A stretch of 64,000 bases of DNA from the NCBI GenBank assembly GCA_905178155.1, contig CAJINV010000003.1, forward strand, positions 7,797,882 through 7,861,881. The letters are read 5' to 3'. This document shows positions 13,088 to 24,192 of the stretch, in pieces. Positions within the stretch are counted from its first letter, which is position 1, and every line of letters begins with the position of its first letter. Origin of the DNA: Amoebophrya sp. A120 (lineage: Eukaryota > Protista > Dinoflagellata). The notes under the pieces were generated by a model. That model was not told where the DNA came from and did no database searches. It was given only the letters and a program-made list of their open reading frames with translations. The position numbers and the translations under genes were made by a program.

Positions 13088-16000
13088 TTATGCGGCGGAG
13101 ATTGTGCCGAACTTCCGCGGGTTTTTTTCACAGGCCAGCAGGTGGTCCTTCCACTCGTCTTCCTGGACCGGCTCCAAGCATAAAGGGCAGGCACCGGGTG
13201 GCGGAAGCACAGGAGGCGCGCCGTCCGGGGTCTGTGACAGCGTAGTCGAAGAGTGGTTGTCGCATATAGGATCGATGTTTGTACTTATCCAACTGTGCTG
13301 GGGTCTGACGTCTGGGCCTCGCAGCTCAGACATCACTCATTCCAACATCAAAAACGGTAGTCCACCACGCTGACTAGCCAAAATAAAAAATTATACCTGT
13401 TCATAAATTTCACTCATGGGAAAATGCTCGCATTCCTCCAAGAAGTGGGAGCGCAAGCTGGAGATCTCAATGACCTGCTGGCAGAAGCGGCACTCCATGA
13501 GCAGTGGACAGTCTTTCCAGTAGTGCAGGTCCAGGACCTCGGGCGTGAAAGAGGGGTCCTTTAGGTGGCAGAACTGGCACTCAAACTCGTCCACTTCGGC
13601 GTGCGCCCCCTCTAGGTTGACCTCTTTGCTTATTATGTGCTGCTCTTCGTTCGCGTCGCCACTCGGTGGAGGTTCGTACACACTCGGGCCGTCCTCTACG
13701 AGTTCCACCGGGCCGCCGCCGTCTGCCGCGGAGGCCGCCGGCTGTTCTGCGGGCGCGGAGCTGGAAGCTCCTGTTGCGCCGGCCCCAACCGCCCCTGCTG
13801 CCACGCCACCTGTCGTAGTTCCTCCGCCAGCACCTGGCACTGGTTTTTTGGCTTTCTTTTTCGGCTGTTGCTTCGACGGGCCTGATGTGGATGAACTGCT
13901 ACTCGAGGCGGGCACGGTCGTTTGTTGCTCCTGCTGGGCCGCGTGGAGCAGCTGCGAGGCCTTTTTCTCCAAGAGAAAGTCCTCGCCGCCGACCCGCTCG
14001 AACTCTGCCTCGAACACCTCGCGCTGGGCGGGGCGGAGGTCCGCCAAGTAGGGCTCTACCACCGAGTAGGACGCGGTTTTTCCGTAGATCACACCTACCA
14101 GCTCCACGATGGACTGCCGCACTTCGTGGTTGGGATTGTCAAACCAGCCCATGGCGACGGACAACAACTGTTCGTGAATCGACTCCCCAGACGATTCTTG
14201 CATCAAAATGGTCAGCAGCTTGATGCGGTTGCAGTACACTTTCTGCGGAAACACCTTCATGATACGATTTAGATTTATTAGTCCGTCGTGCAAGTAAAAC
14301 AAGTCTGTCAACATGTTGATCAAGGTAGGTTCTCTCTAGAGTGCGACATGCCGGCGCATCCATGCCTGCTAAGGCCGCAAAGAACTCCCATGCGTTTACG
14401 GTCCGTGTTTTATCTTTGTTGCTGAAAAATATCGAAGAGAGTTATCCTTATGTACAAAAATATGAGTTTAGTATACTTTCTTTGATTTGGAGACGATCGG
14501 TTTCATCAGAAACTGTGCGACGAAGGTGCAGCCGACGTTGGGGCACAGCGCAAATGATAGCACGGCATCGCCCGCGGCTTGTGCGCAGCGCGCGTTTGTC
14601 TCCCCGAGCCGCTCCACAAGCATTGGAATGTAGCTGTCGAGCTGCGGTTGCGCGTCCGCCTGAGCAGGAATTCGTAGGAACAGTTGCTAAAAATGGATCA
14701 GTGCAACTGCAAGTGCATGCGGAGAAAAAATAAAAACAAGGTGAAGCACGGAAATCGGAAGCTCTCAAACTGTTTTGGCGAGTGTACCTTTTTCAGGGAA
14801 AATCCTTTGTCTTCGTTGGCGAGGATGACCTTTGTGCAGAGCGTTTGCGCGAGTTGCATGGAGGATAGAAAAATCTGCACGTTTTTCTCAATGGAAGTCC
14901 TCCTCAACAAGGCCACCAGGCCTTGCAAGAACTCTTTGCTACTGGCGGCGTCCTCCAGCAACGTGTCGTACACCCCGCCGTTCAAATCGTCGGTTAACCG
15001 CGTCAGGCCGTGCTCGCGCAGGACCCGCTGCTTGGAATACAGGCACGAGACTAAGTGCTCGTCTCCGGTCACGTGCAGCAATGGCTGCACCTCTTTTGTA
15101 AAACTGGAGGATATGGGCTCCGGGTCCGGCAACTCCGCGTTGGGTTTCAGCTCCTCTGCCCCGGGCGGAAGGCCCCCCTCCGTGGTCCCGAGCGGCGGGA
15201 GATGATCCGGCGGGTCGGGCGCAGCACCCAAATCCGCAAACAAGTGCATCCCCTTAATGGAGTTTGGGTCGCTGTCCGGGCCTAAGTTGCTCAGACTCGG
15301 GTAGGATTTTTTCGCCACGTGCTGCTGCTGAGGCTCGGTTGTGCCGGGGGAGTCAGGTTCGTAACCTCCCCGGCTGTAGGTGGACAATCCCCCGAGCGGC
15401 TGCTGCTCCCCGCCCCCGCCGCCCTGGTTATTTCGGGTCCGATAGCCCGCGTTGTAACTGGTGTTTCCCACGGGCACCTCCTCGTTGTTCACCGCAGGCA
15501 GCAGAGGACTAGTCGGCGCCGCGGAAACCTGCGAGCGGCTTCCGTCGCGGGGACGTATCGGCGGCGAGTTGGTGACTTTATTCATCGTCCCTCGCTGGGA
15601 AGCAGGTCCTCTGCTTGCACTGCTGACCTCGTCGTAGTTCGTGTAGATCGGCGCCGGACCTCCACCTCCAGCACCGTGGCCCCCGACTGCTCGCGGGGGA
15701 TGGTGGTCCACCTCGTCGTGCATCTCCATCTCCGGTGGTTGTTCGCGGTCCTGGTTCGGATCCCTCCCTTCAATCGCGGCCCGGTACAAGGCGTCGATCT
15801 CGGCTTTCAGACGTTTCGCGGCATCGTAGTCCTCTGCGTCCACGGCCTGCTTCTTCTTCCGCTCGCACTCCGTAATGCGCATGGCCACGGCCTTCAGCTT
15901 GGTAATCATCTCCTTGTATCGTTTCGCCTCCTGGTAGTCCTCAATCTCTACCGCGTGGTCCTTCGCCTTTCCGAGGGCGTTCAGCTTTTCCGCGATCTTG

Positions 16001-17560
16001 GGGTCGTAGTTATCCGGCGCTTTGGAGGACGAGGAAGAAGCCTGCATGATGCCGGGCTCGACCAACGGCTTCTGGAAGCTGCTTGCAAGCGGCGGAACCT
16101 GTGCTGGCGCGAGAATAAGTTTATTGTGTTGTAGATCAACAATATTTAACTTTCACCAAAAGCAAAATGTATGTTTTATTATGTTGACACTACAGCGCTC
16201 CTGGTGGCCCATGTAAAGCATATCAAATCAAATCAACAATATCCTCCATTTATTTCCGTCGAGATATGCACAAGTGGAAGCAAATGCAACGAAATCTATC
16301 CGCAAACCTGTGCTCCTGTCCCCGAAGAAAAATTGCTAGTCGGTTCCGGCATTGGCAAATTCTCACCAAGCACATTGATTGCGACCAGACTCACCTGGAA
16401 TCAAGATCAACAGCTCTGGTGTGGTAATGTTGTTGGCAATATGTTTCAAAGATGATATAAATACTTTTTCTTTTCTGTGGTCTATTTCTACTCACTTGAT
16501 TCGGGGGACATTCCACGTGAGGTAGAAATAAAGTAGTATAACAGCGAAGTTGTTCTTGTACCTGATTTGTGAGGTTAAACTTGTTCAGGTGGCACTTGTG
16601 CAGCCGTAGCCTGAGAAACCGTGCCTTGTGATCGATGTAGACAGACTTCAGTTCTCGCGCCTGGAATTGCGACCGCTCGTTGGAATCCAGCGACAGGTAG
16701 CCCAAGCGTTTGAACTGCGACCGGTGCTGCTCGTAATAGTACTGCAGCGCACCTGGTTACATTGCAAAAGTGGGTGTGGGTTCGTCGTCGTCGTGTTATT
16801 ACTGTCATCTCTGTAGTAGACAACTAGTGCCAATACTAGAACATTTCTTCAATCGGCAGAGTCTTCTAGTGCCAACAAATATGAAGAAACACCAAAGATT
16901 GAGGTCCTCGTCGTGACCGCGCAACTGGTGTGCCAGAAAAAGTCAAAGTATAGTACCGCGGCTCTCGACATCATCTTCCGCAAAATACTTTCTGATGATG
17001 TGGTCCGTGCGCTCGTCCTTGCTTTCTTCGTGAACGTACAGCTCGATTTTGCTAGCGATCCGGCATTGGTGCGACAAAAACTGGATCTGCCGGGCGGTAA
17101 CAGGTCCTTCGAATACCAGCACTGAAAATTAATGACGGGACTAGGTAGGCAGACGTTGCTAAGTACTGACGAGATAAAAAGCGAGAGTGCAGAGTGGGTA
17201 TTAAGTATACTGAGTGACGCACACTCATAATTTTTACATAGAGCATCTGGATCTGTGCACTCGTACGTGTAATGAACGACGAAGAAATGCTGGTTGTCCT
17301 CGCTTCAAATGCATCGGAAGCGAACGGTTGAGATCGACCACAAACGTGAGCAATAAGCAATGCTAATGCAAACGGAAATCAAAATCTAGTATCATGTAAT
17401 ATCAAAAAATACAGGCCTTACCGAGTTCCTGCGGATAATCGCAAAACCTGCTAGAAGACCAGCCTTTCGTCTTGGAAGAGTGGAAGAGGAGCTCGGACAC
17501 TGGGTGCTCGGGGTCCTCCGAGGAGGCATGCAGAATTTTGTACTTTATGCGCCCAGTCAT
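13088..17560 (-). CDS. CEP104: Centrosomal/ciliary protein CEP104, ~1021 aa; exons 17560-17422, 17121-16957, 16752-16562, 16394-16308, 16098-14788, 14659-14477, 14242-13397, 13231-13088
   Basis: N-terminal jelly-roll (SSEDPEHPVSEL...GWSSSRFCDYPQEL; LGYLSLDSNERSQFQARELKSVYID), EDY..AK coiled-coil repeats, TOG-like helices, C2HC Zn fingers (CQFC...LDLHYWKDCPLLMECRFC). Seven GT-AG introns give a total of 3066 nt, in frame. Confidence 0.93.
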
Positions 17561-18367
17561 GTTGTCTTAATATCTTATCGTCGGATGTACGTGAAATAAA
17601 TTATGAAAAAACCAAGCGACTCCGAGTTGTTCTTTTTCGCTTTCCACCTCCGTAGTTGAAGCTTACATTCTAAAAAACGCGAGATTGGTGTAGGTGTTGG
17701 TGGTAGACGTTCTGCCACGATACGCAGCCAATATCACCGGTGGCTGTTCTGCTTGTCCCCCTGCCACAAGAGCATGTTTGTTCTGGGACGCAAGCTTGGA
17801 ATGTGCGTGCTATCAAACAGCACATTCGTTGACAGTTTGGTGCTTTGAGCCCTCATCTTCTTTGGAAGCGCTCCGATGGTTTCTTTTGCTTTTTCTCTCT
17901 CTTCGATTATAACAAAAAAAGTTTGAAATGAAGATCACGACAGCCAAGTGACCAGTTGTATCTAAAAACCCTACAAGGCACAATTGACACAGGCAGAGTT
18001 TTCAAGAACTCGTCCTTCGTGTGCGAGTACTAACTGTGTGTGTATGAGTAGCTGCACGCGAGAAGAAGAACCATTCTGAAACGAGTAAGGAATCACACGA
18101 AGAAACGATTGCAGTAGGAGCGAGTAGTTCTTTTTCTCCTAAAGAACTCAATCCTAGACCGTTGCTCTCACTAGGTAGTGGAGCCGAGGATACGGCTTCT
18201 CTCCCCGAGGGCATTTTTTTGTTAAGGCGTTTCACACGTCCGCTGCTCATTCATTCTATCCTGTGCTTTTCATGCGACTTAGTTGCGCATTGCGATTTCC
18301 GATGATGGGGCCAAGAAGTTTATTTCCAAAATGACCGATCGATCCCGCCACCTGCGTGCACTTTATC

Positions 18368-20107
18368 TTACCAGACAAATATGCTGGCCAACAAACGTCC
18401 ATTGCAAGTAGTGTAGGTAAACAGTTTCTCCACAAAGACATACCAGAGAAAAAGCAAGCTAAGATTGTAGACAGCGAGGTCCTCCCAATCGCGTATGACT
18501 GCCGCGCTTTCTGCCCCACACAAGGACGGACCACTTTTTCGCGTGAACGCTGCCGGGCCAGCCTTTGGGGGCGGACCGCAAATAAACTGAAGCAGATCCT
18601 TGGCACCCCAGTGCACCTTTTGTGGCATCCAGGCAACCAGCGAGTGAGCAAGCCAACCGCAAGCACGTGCGGTAGTGTACGCTACGCAGCACCAGAGAGC
18701 CAACAGAACAACCGTGAGCCAGATTCGGCAGGTTGATAGTGGTGGTCGCGGGCGTCTTTTGATCCTCCACGCATCGTCCTCGGTTTCGTTTTCGAGCGCG
18801 CATACGTCCGTAACACTTGCCTGATCCCACTGGACAACAAGCTGACCTTGTTCACTCTGATTTGTTTTTCCTGGCGTGGAGGTGGATGTTGACTTGGTCT
18901 GGTAGTCGCCCATCATGAGCGCAGAATCATCCTCCTGTACCTCCTCGGATGCAGCTCCGACTTTTGCATAACTATCGTGCAGCTTGGAGGTCCTCGTCGT
19001 GAACATCAAGCCCGCACGTCGTGTCGGCGGCCGCTCGAGGGTCCTCTGTGAAGACGCTGAAGAAGGGAGAACTGCATCTTCGCTGTCGTCTTCTGAAAGG
19101 AGAGCAGACTCCATCCTGGAGAAACATCGGACCAAACAGAGCAGGAATAGCAGGGGAATGGACAGCAGGGCGGCGAGCGCCGCATCTTCGGGCGCTTCTC
19201 CCCCTAGGTAGATGTCGGAGGGGGTCTCCCACACCCAATCCGTAAACAACGCGCTTTCGGACGTGTCCTCCCGGGTGAACCCGCGTTGGTATTGGAAGGG
19301 TGGTCCCCGAAACTGTGCTCCGTATGCACGGGTCTCCTCCTCCCTTTCGATGACTTTTTGCTTCGCCATGCCAGTGGGCGTGGACGTGGCAGTGGCAGTG
19401 GCGGGGAAAGCTGATTTAGACCGCAGGGTAGCTGCTGCAACGGGTGACGACGTTGGTGGTCCCTCCTCCTCGTCCTCCTCCTCCTCTGAGCTTGGCCGGC
19501 GGCGGAACAAAAATTGCACTGCGTCGCGACACAGAAGCGCGCCTGGATCCGCGAGCGCGCGACTGCTGGCGAGCAGAGCGCGGTCGTCGGTCGCCACGAC
19601 CGCACCACATCCGTGCTGACGCTGGAGAAAGTGAAAGCGTTTCAACAGCTCTGGCTCGTCGTAGTAGAGGAGGTTGACATCGGTGAGCTCGAAAAACAGA
19701 AGGGTTTTTTCGGGCCCGCTTCTAGTACCCACCTTCGTCACTTCGAGCTCCACTTTCGCGTTGGCAACCAAGCTGCCGCTGCCCTCCGGTTTTTTCTTCA
19801 ACCGCACTGGGGCCATCTTGTATTTGATCTGTGCCTTGTGCAGCTTCACTACCAGATGCAGACGCAGAGCAGTGTCATGCTCCACGAACGCAACGGCTTC
19901 GAAGCCGGATTGGATTCGGGTCTGAAATCCCGCGAGGTCGTCGCGGAGCGCCTGCAGCCTCTGTGAACGCGTGAGGGCTGCTGTAGGCGTGCTGATTTCT
20001 TTCGACGCCACAGGCTTTTCGGAAATATACCGAAGCTTCGTCATCAACAGCACGCACAGAAAGACGGCGATACCTGCCGCCAAACCCAGCACCCAACAAC
20101 GCTTCAT
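18368..20107 (-). CDS. Uncharacterised multi-pass membrane protein; 3' exon(s) near 18000-18350 unresolved
   Basis: Long ORF with N-terminal signal anchor (MKRCWVLGLAAGIAVFLCVLL) and further hydrophobic segments; GTAAGA donor near 18370. Confidence 0.6.
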   Translation of the reverse strand: MKRCWVLGLAAGIAVFLCVLLMTKLRYISEKPVASKEISTPTAALTRSQRLQALRDDLAGFQTRIQSGFEAVAFVEHDTALRLHLVVKLHKAQIKYKMAPVRLKKKPEGSGSLVANAKVELEVTKVGTRSGPEKTLLFFELTDVNLLYYDEPELLKRFHFLQRQHGCGAVVATDDRALLASSRALADPGALLCRDAVQFLFRRRPSSEEEEDEEEGPPTSSPVAAATLRSKSAFPATATATSTPTGMAKQKVIEREEETRAYGAQFRGPPFQYQRGFTREDTSESALFTDWVWETPSDIYLGGEAPEDAALAALLSIPLLFLLCLVRCFSRMESALLSEDDSEDAVLPSSASSQRTLERPPTRRAGLMFTTRTSKLHDSYAKVGAASEEVQEDDSALMMGDYQTKSTSTSTPGKTNQSEQGQLVVQWDQASVTDVCALENETEDDAWRIKRRPRPPLSTCRIWLTVVLLALWCCVAYTTARACGWLAHSLVAWMPQKVHWGAKDLLQFICGPPPKAGPAAFTRKSGPSLCGAESAAVIRDWEDLAVYNLSLLFLWYVFVEKLFTYTTCNGRLLASIFVW

Positions 20108-20589
20108 GGCTGCGATTACTTGTCGTGCAGCGCCAACACGCCTTAGATGTAAGTAAGATTTTTCAAAATTTGCTGCCAGCAAGAGTCTACTAGGAATGTT
20201 CGGCTCTTCTGTCAATCGTCTTCCTGCTTCCCGTACAGTATTATACAGGGCATCATGGTGGTGCAGCTGCAGCACCAACAGAACCGTATCACAGTCTTCG
20301 TATATTGATATTCTCGATCGTTGCGAAAACGACGAACACAAATAAAAATTCCTACCGGTGGTCACTTTGGAATCTTATCATTCTTTCCGTCGTAGATCAC
20401 ATGCATGGAGGCACGACCGCCGCATTCTTATTGTTCCTGCTCACTTCAAACGAAAAGAGGAAGGGGTAAGGTAAGAACGGCAACGTGCACCAACATGCGA
20501 CGATCCAAGTTTGGAAGTGATTCATTCCAGAGCGGTGCCGCAGACAATTTGTCACCGACACGACTTTTGCAATTTGTCACAGGTGACCG

Positions 20590-23291
20590 TCAGGCGTCAA
20601 ACTCTGTGACAGATGCGTCGACTACTTCTTGAACCGGCATGCGGTCGCCACGCGCTCCGAGAGCATACCAGAGCACTTTGTTGCGCTCATCCCGCCACTT
20701 TCCGCGCGCATCCGCGCGGCGTATGTGCGCGATGCTCCCGGTTTGTGGTGAAATGAGGAAATCGTCGGCGTCAACTTGCATGCGCAGCCGTCCTGGAACT
20801 GCTGGCACATCTGGGCGCGACACCGAAAAGGACGTCGCGAAGAAATTTTTGGCCTTCGACGTTTGGTCCTCTACTTCGGTCGCTACGAAGCCGCACGACA
20901 CGCACAGCGCGGCGTCCCGCGTGCCTCCGCCGACGAGGTGCGGTTGGCAGTGTTGTGGAGGATCCCAGGCGGCGTAGCAAATATGATGAACCAAATTGGT
21001 CGACGAGTCAGCGGGGATCGCCTCAAGGATCCGGAAATCCACCATGTTGAGGTCCCAGCAGCTGCGCTGGTAGGGATCGCTCAGGAGCGCGACCACTTGC
21101 GCCAGAAATTCCGGCGACATCGGAGCGAGAACGTTCCCCAGATCCACGGCCTGGTATTCGTGGACGATGAAGGGCAGCTCCTCCTCATCTCGGTCTCTGC
21201 TTGTGCTGTCGAGAGGGGCCGTAGTTGAGCTTGAGCCGCGCTGTTGCCTCATTATTTCTGCCGGGGCCGCAAGGCAGTCCGCCGGTGCGACAAATTCCTC
21301 GGGATTTCCTGTTGGGGAGGGCTGCCAGTGTCCGCGCTTGTTTTGTAACTCGCGAAATCGCCGTAAATTAAACTTTGCGATGCTGTTGAGCTGTCGCACA
21401 AAGACCGATCGAAAGCAGGAGAAAAGTTTTGGAACCACAGGAAGCTTTGCGGCTTTGTCTTCGGAAAGAACAGGGGAAAGTGGTGAATCAGGGTAGACCA
21501 AAGCGTCACAGCCCCCGGTGCCAGCGACTATGTGCGTGACCAGCTCCATTCTTCGGCTCACCATGAAGGCCTGCATCTGTGCGAGGGTGGACTTCTCCAG
21601 CTCCTGGAAGGCGAGCGCGATTCCCGCCGTTTCGATCCGACCTTCTAACGCTGACGCGTTCTCTTGTTCCAACGCTGCTGCTGGCACAGGCGCGGGTGTG
21701 CTCGGGCTTGACTCTCCTTTGCGGGTTTTCTTATCGAAGAACAAGGTCATTAGATCATTATCAGCCACGCGGACTATTTCCGGGATGAGATATGAACGAT
21801 GAAGACGCTCCTGAAGCGACGAATCATGCCGCCCATCTGAGATCATAGCGCCTCCGTAGCCTTTTGCACCCGCCGCGACCGCGGCAGTCACATCAGCGAG
21901 GGAATTGACATGACACACGCTCGTTGATCTGCTGCATGTTTTTCGGAACCAATCGTAAAAGAGATCTTCGCATCGTCGCAGAACAGGATTCAGCTGCACG
22001 GCAATGTCGAGTGCGAGCGTGACTTTTTGGCGGTCAGCTCGCGCCTCTCCCTCGGACTCTGGAAACCGAGGCAAGCAGAGCCGATCGAAGAAAGCTGCAA
22101 TAATTTGCACTCCGTCTTTTTCCGTGTCCTCGAGCGTACCGTCGTCCGGAGAACCAGCTGGTGGTCCTTTCGAATTATCCAACGCGCTGCCGTCTTGGCC
22201 CGTGTGCACGAGAGCCATTGCGTCGATAGCGCGGAGTTTGTACAGCGAGCGCACTCGCTCCCCAAGCAGCCGTATCCTGCGAAAAAAAGTGTTTCACAGC
22301 AACATAGGTTCTGCAGGTTTATTTGCACGACAAGTTGTCCGTTCTCCACTACGAAGAAAATTTGCCATGCGTACTCCCTAACGAAAAACACGGCTGAGAA
22401 CTCAGTGTCGTGCAGGTGTAGCAAGACAAACACCTTTGTGCTGCATTTTTTGCACCACAAGTTTATTACAGAAGTGAAACAGTTTTTTTTTGCGATAAGC
22501 TGTCCGTACAGGCGGACGCAGACGTCACCGGGACTCAGCATTGTGCTTTCATGACGAACGGTTTCGCAAATCACTTCAAAAATGGCCTGTGCTACTGGAG
22601 AGCAAGTCGAAGCGCTATTTAGCGCCACTGCGTTAGTCACAGCATCCAGCAAGGCGGCAATGTTGCTCGCCGCATCGCCGTTTCCCCCTTTGGCAGATAT
22701 TGCAGATCTGGCGGCGAAAGAGCGCTCCACCGCGGCACGGAGCAAAACCTCAGGGAAAAGTGCTTGGGAAGATGCGACGACGCCGCGCAAAAATCGGAAG
22801 CAGAGGGACGTTGTAGGGTGAAACAAATCAGCCGGAGAAGAACTCGTGTACAAACGCACTTCGCGCCGTGCTAGGGCGGCTATTCTGACAAGAAGCGGGC
22901 TTTGGCTCCGACGGTACAAGTACGTATTTTTTGTCGCCTGACCAGGATCATCTTCGGAGGGAGATGTCGGACTCTGTGACGCTATTGCGACCGCGTCCGC
23001 TCGACACAGGACACCCGGAAGAACCTCCAGCAAAGCTCGCACTTGGAGGATGTCTCTTGACTTTGTGTCGGCTTCGGCCTGCGTCCGTGGCGGACGCACG
23101 CCAAACAAAACGGTCTCCATGCACGCAGCCAGGCTGCAAAAAAGAGTGCCATCAGCGTCGTAAAAAAGTGCTGCAAAAAGCTGCTCCAAGTCTTCCGTGA
23201 CATCCGTCAGTGCCTCGAACCAATGCTCCACCAAGAAGAGGCGCTTCCGTGCCCGCAGCAAGTCCATAGACGCCGAAGTGGAGCGCGCCAT
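20590..23291 (-). CDS. Helical protein with C-terminal START/SRPBCC-like lipid-binding domain; 5' end uncertain
   Basis: ORFs joined by GT-AG intron 22277-22455 (INLW|IRLL). START-like motifs LSDPYQRSCWD, TRDAAL, SFSVSRPDVPAVPGRLR. Confidence 0.65.
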
Positions 23292-24192
23292 TGTCACTTA
23301 CTGTTTTTGCGTTTCAACATACCGATTTTTCGAATGCACAAAGTAGCGCAGTAGAAGTTGTCTTGATCGTCAGAAGAGCACGATCGTGGCTCTGGAGCTC
23401 TCCTCGGTGGAAATCGTGGTGTCTCAAATACGATCCAGATCCGCCGTCGCCAGAGACTACGTTGGTTTCTTTCATACAGATACAGGGGCGGTGTGGAACT
23501 CGTCGTTTCGTTTGACCTCGCTGCTTCTCCCATGGTCAAAACTTTTGAGAATAAACATCCGGTTTCCCGACCACAGCGGTCTGGTATTTGGATCTGTAGA
23601 GTAGCACTGGTAAAGAGGTTTAGGGGTTTATTCAATCATCTGTTCTTGTTCGTTGTGCGCGCCATGCTCCTTGATGGTGATTTGCCGGTATGATGTGCAG
23701 ATTAAGCTTGCAAATCATAAGCAAAAGTTGTTGCGCGAAACAAGGAATTATCCTAGGCCACCTCTAGTTCTTTACAACGCTTAGGCTTAGCTTCAGGTAT
23801 TCATTTGTATATGAAGCATACAGGGTGAGTCAGAGTAGGAAACAGCAGAAGCAGGAGCAGCAGGGTACAGACACTTTTTTACAAATGATTGAGATACGGT
23901 TTATTTATTAAGAGTTTGTGCATAAGCAATTTCCTACATATTAATATTTATCCATTCTGTGCACGCTGCGCGAGGTCCACTTGGACTTGCATTGATTTGG
24001 TGCAATAAAATTCTGGTTCATTTGTCAATTTTCTCAGTCCGCCGAGAAGGCTCTACTTACTTAGTATACTTGCATAGTGTTAGTGGTACTTTCCCTTTCC
24101 ATATATCTGTCTATCGTATTCTCACCTTGCTTTCTTCGAAATGAAATCAATGCGGTCATTAGTACATGAGTTCTTGTTGTGGGAGAAGTTCA

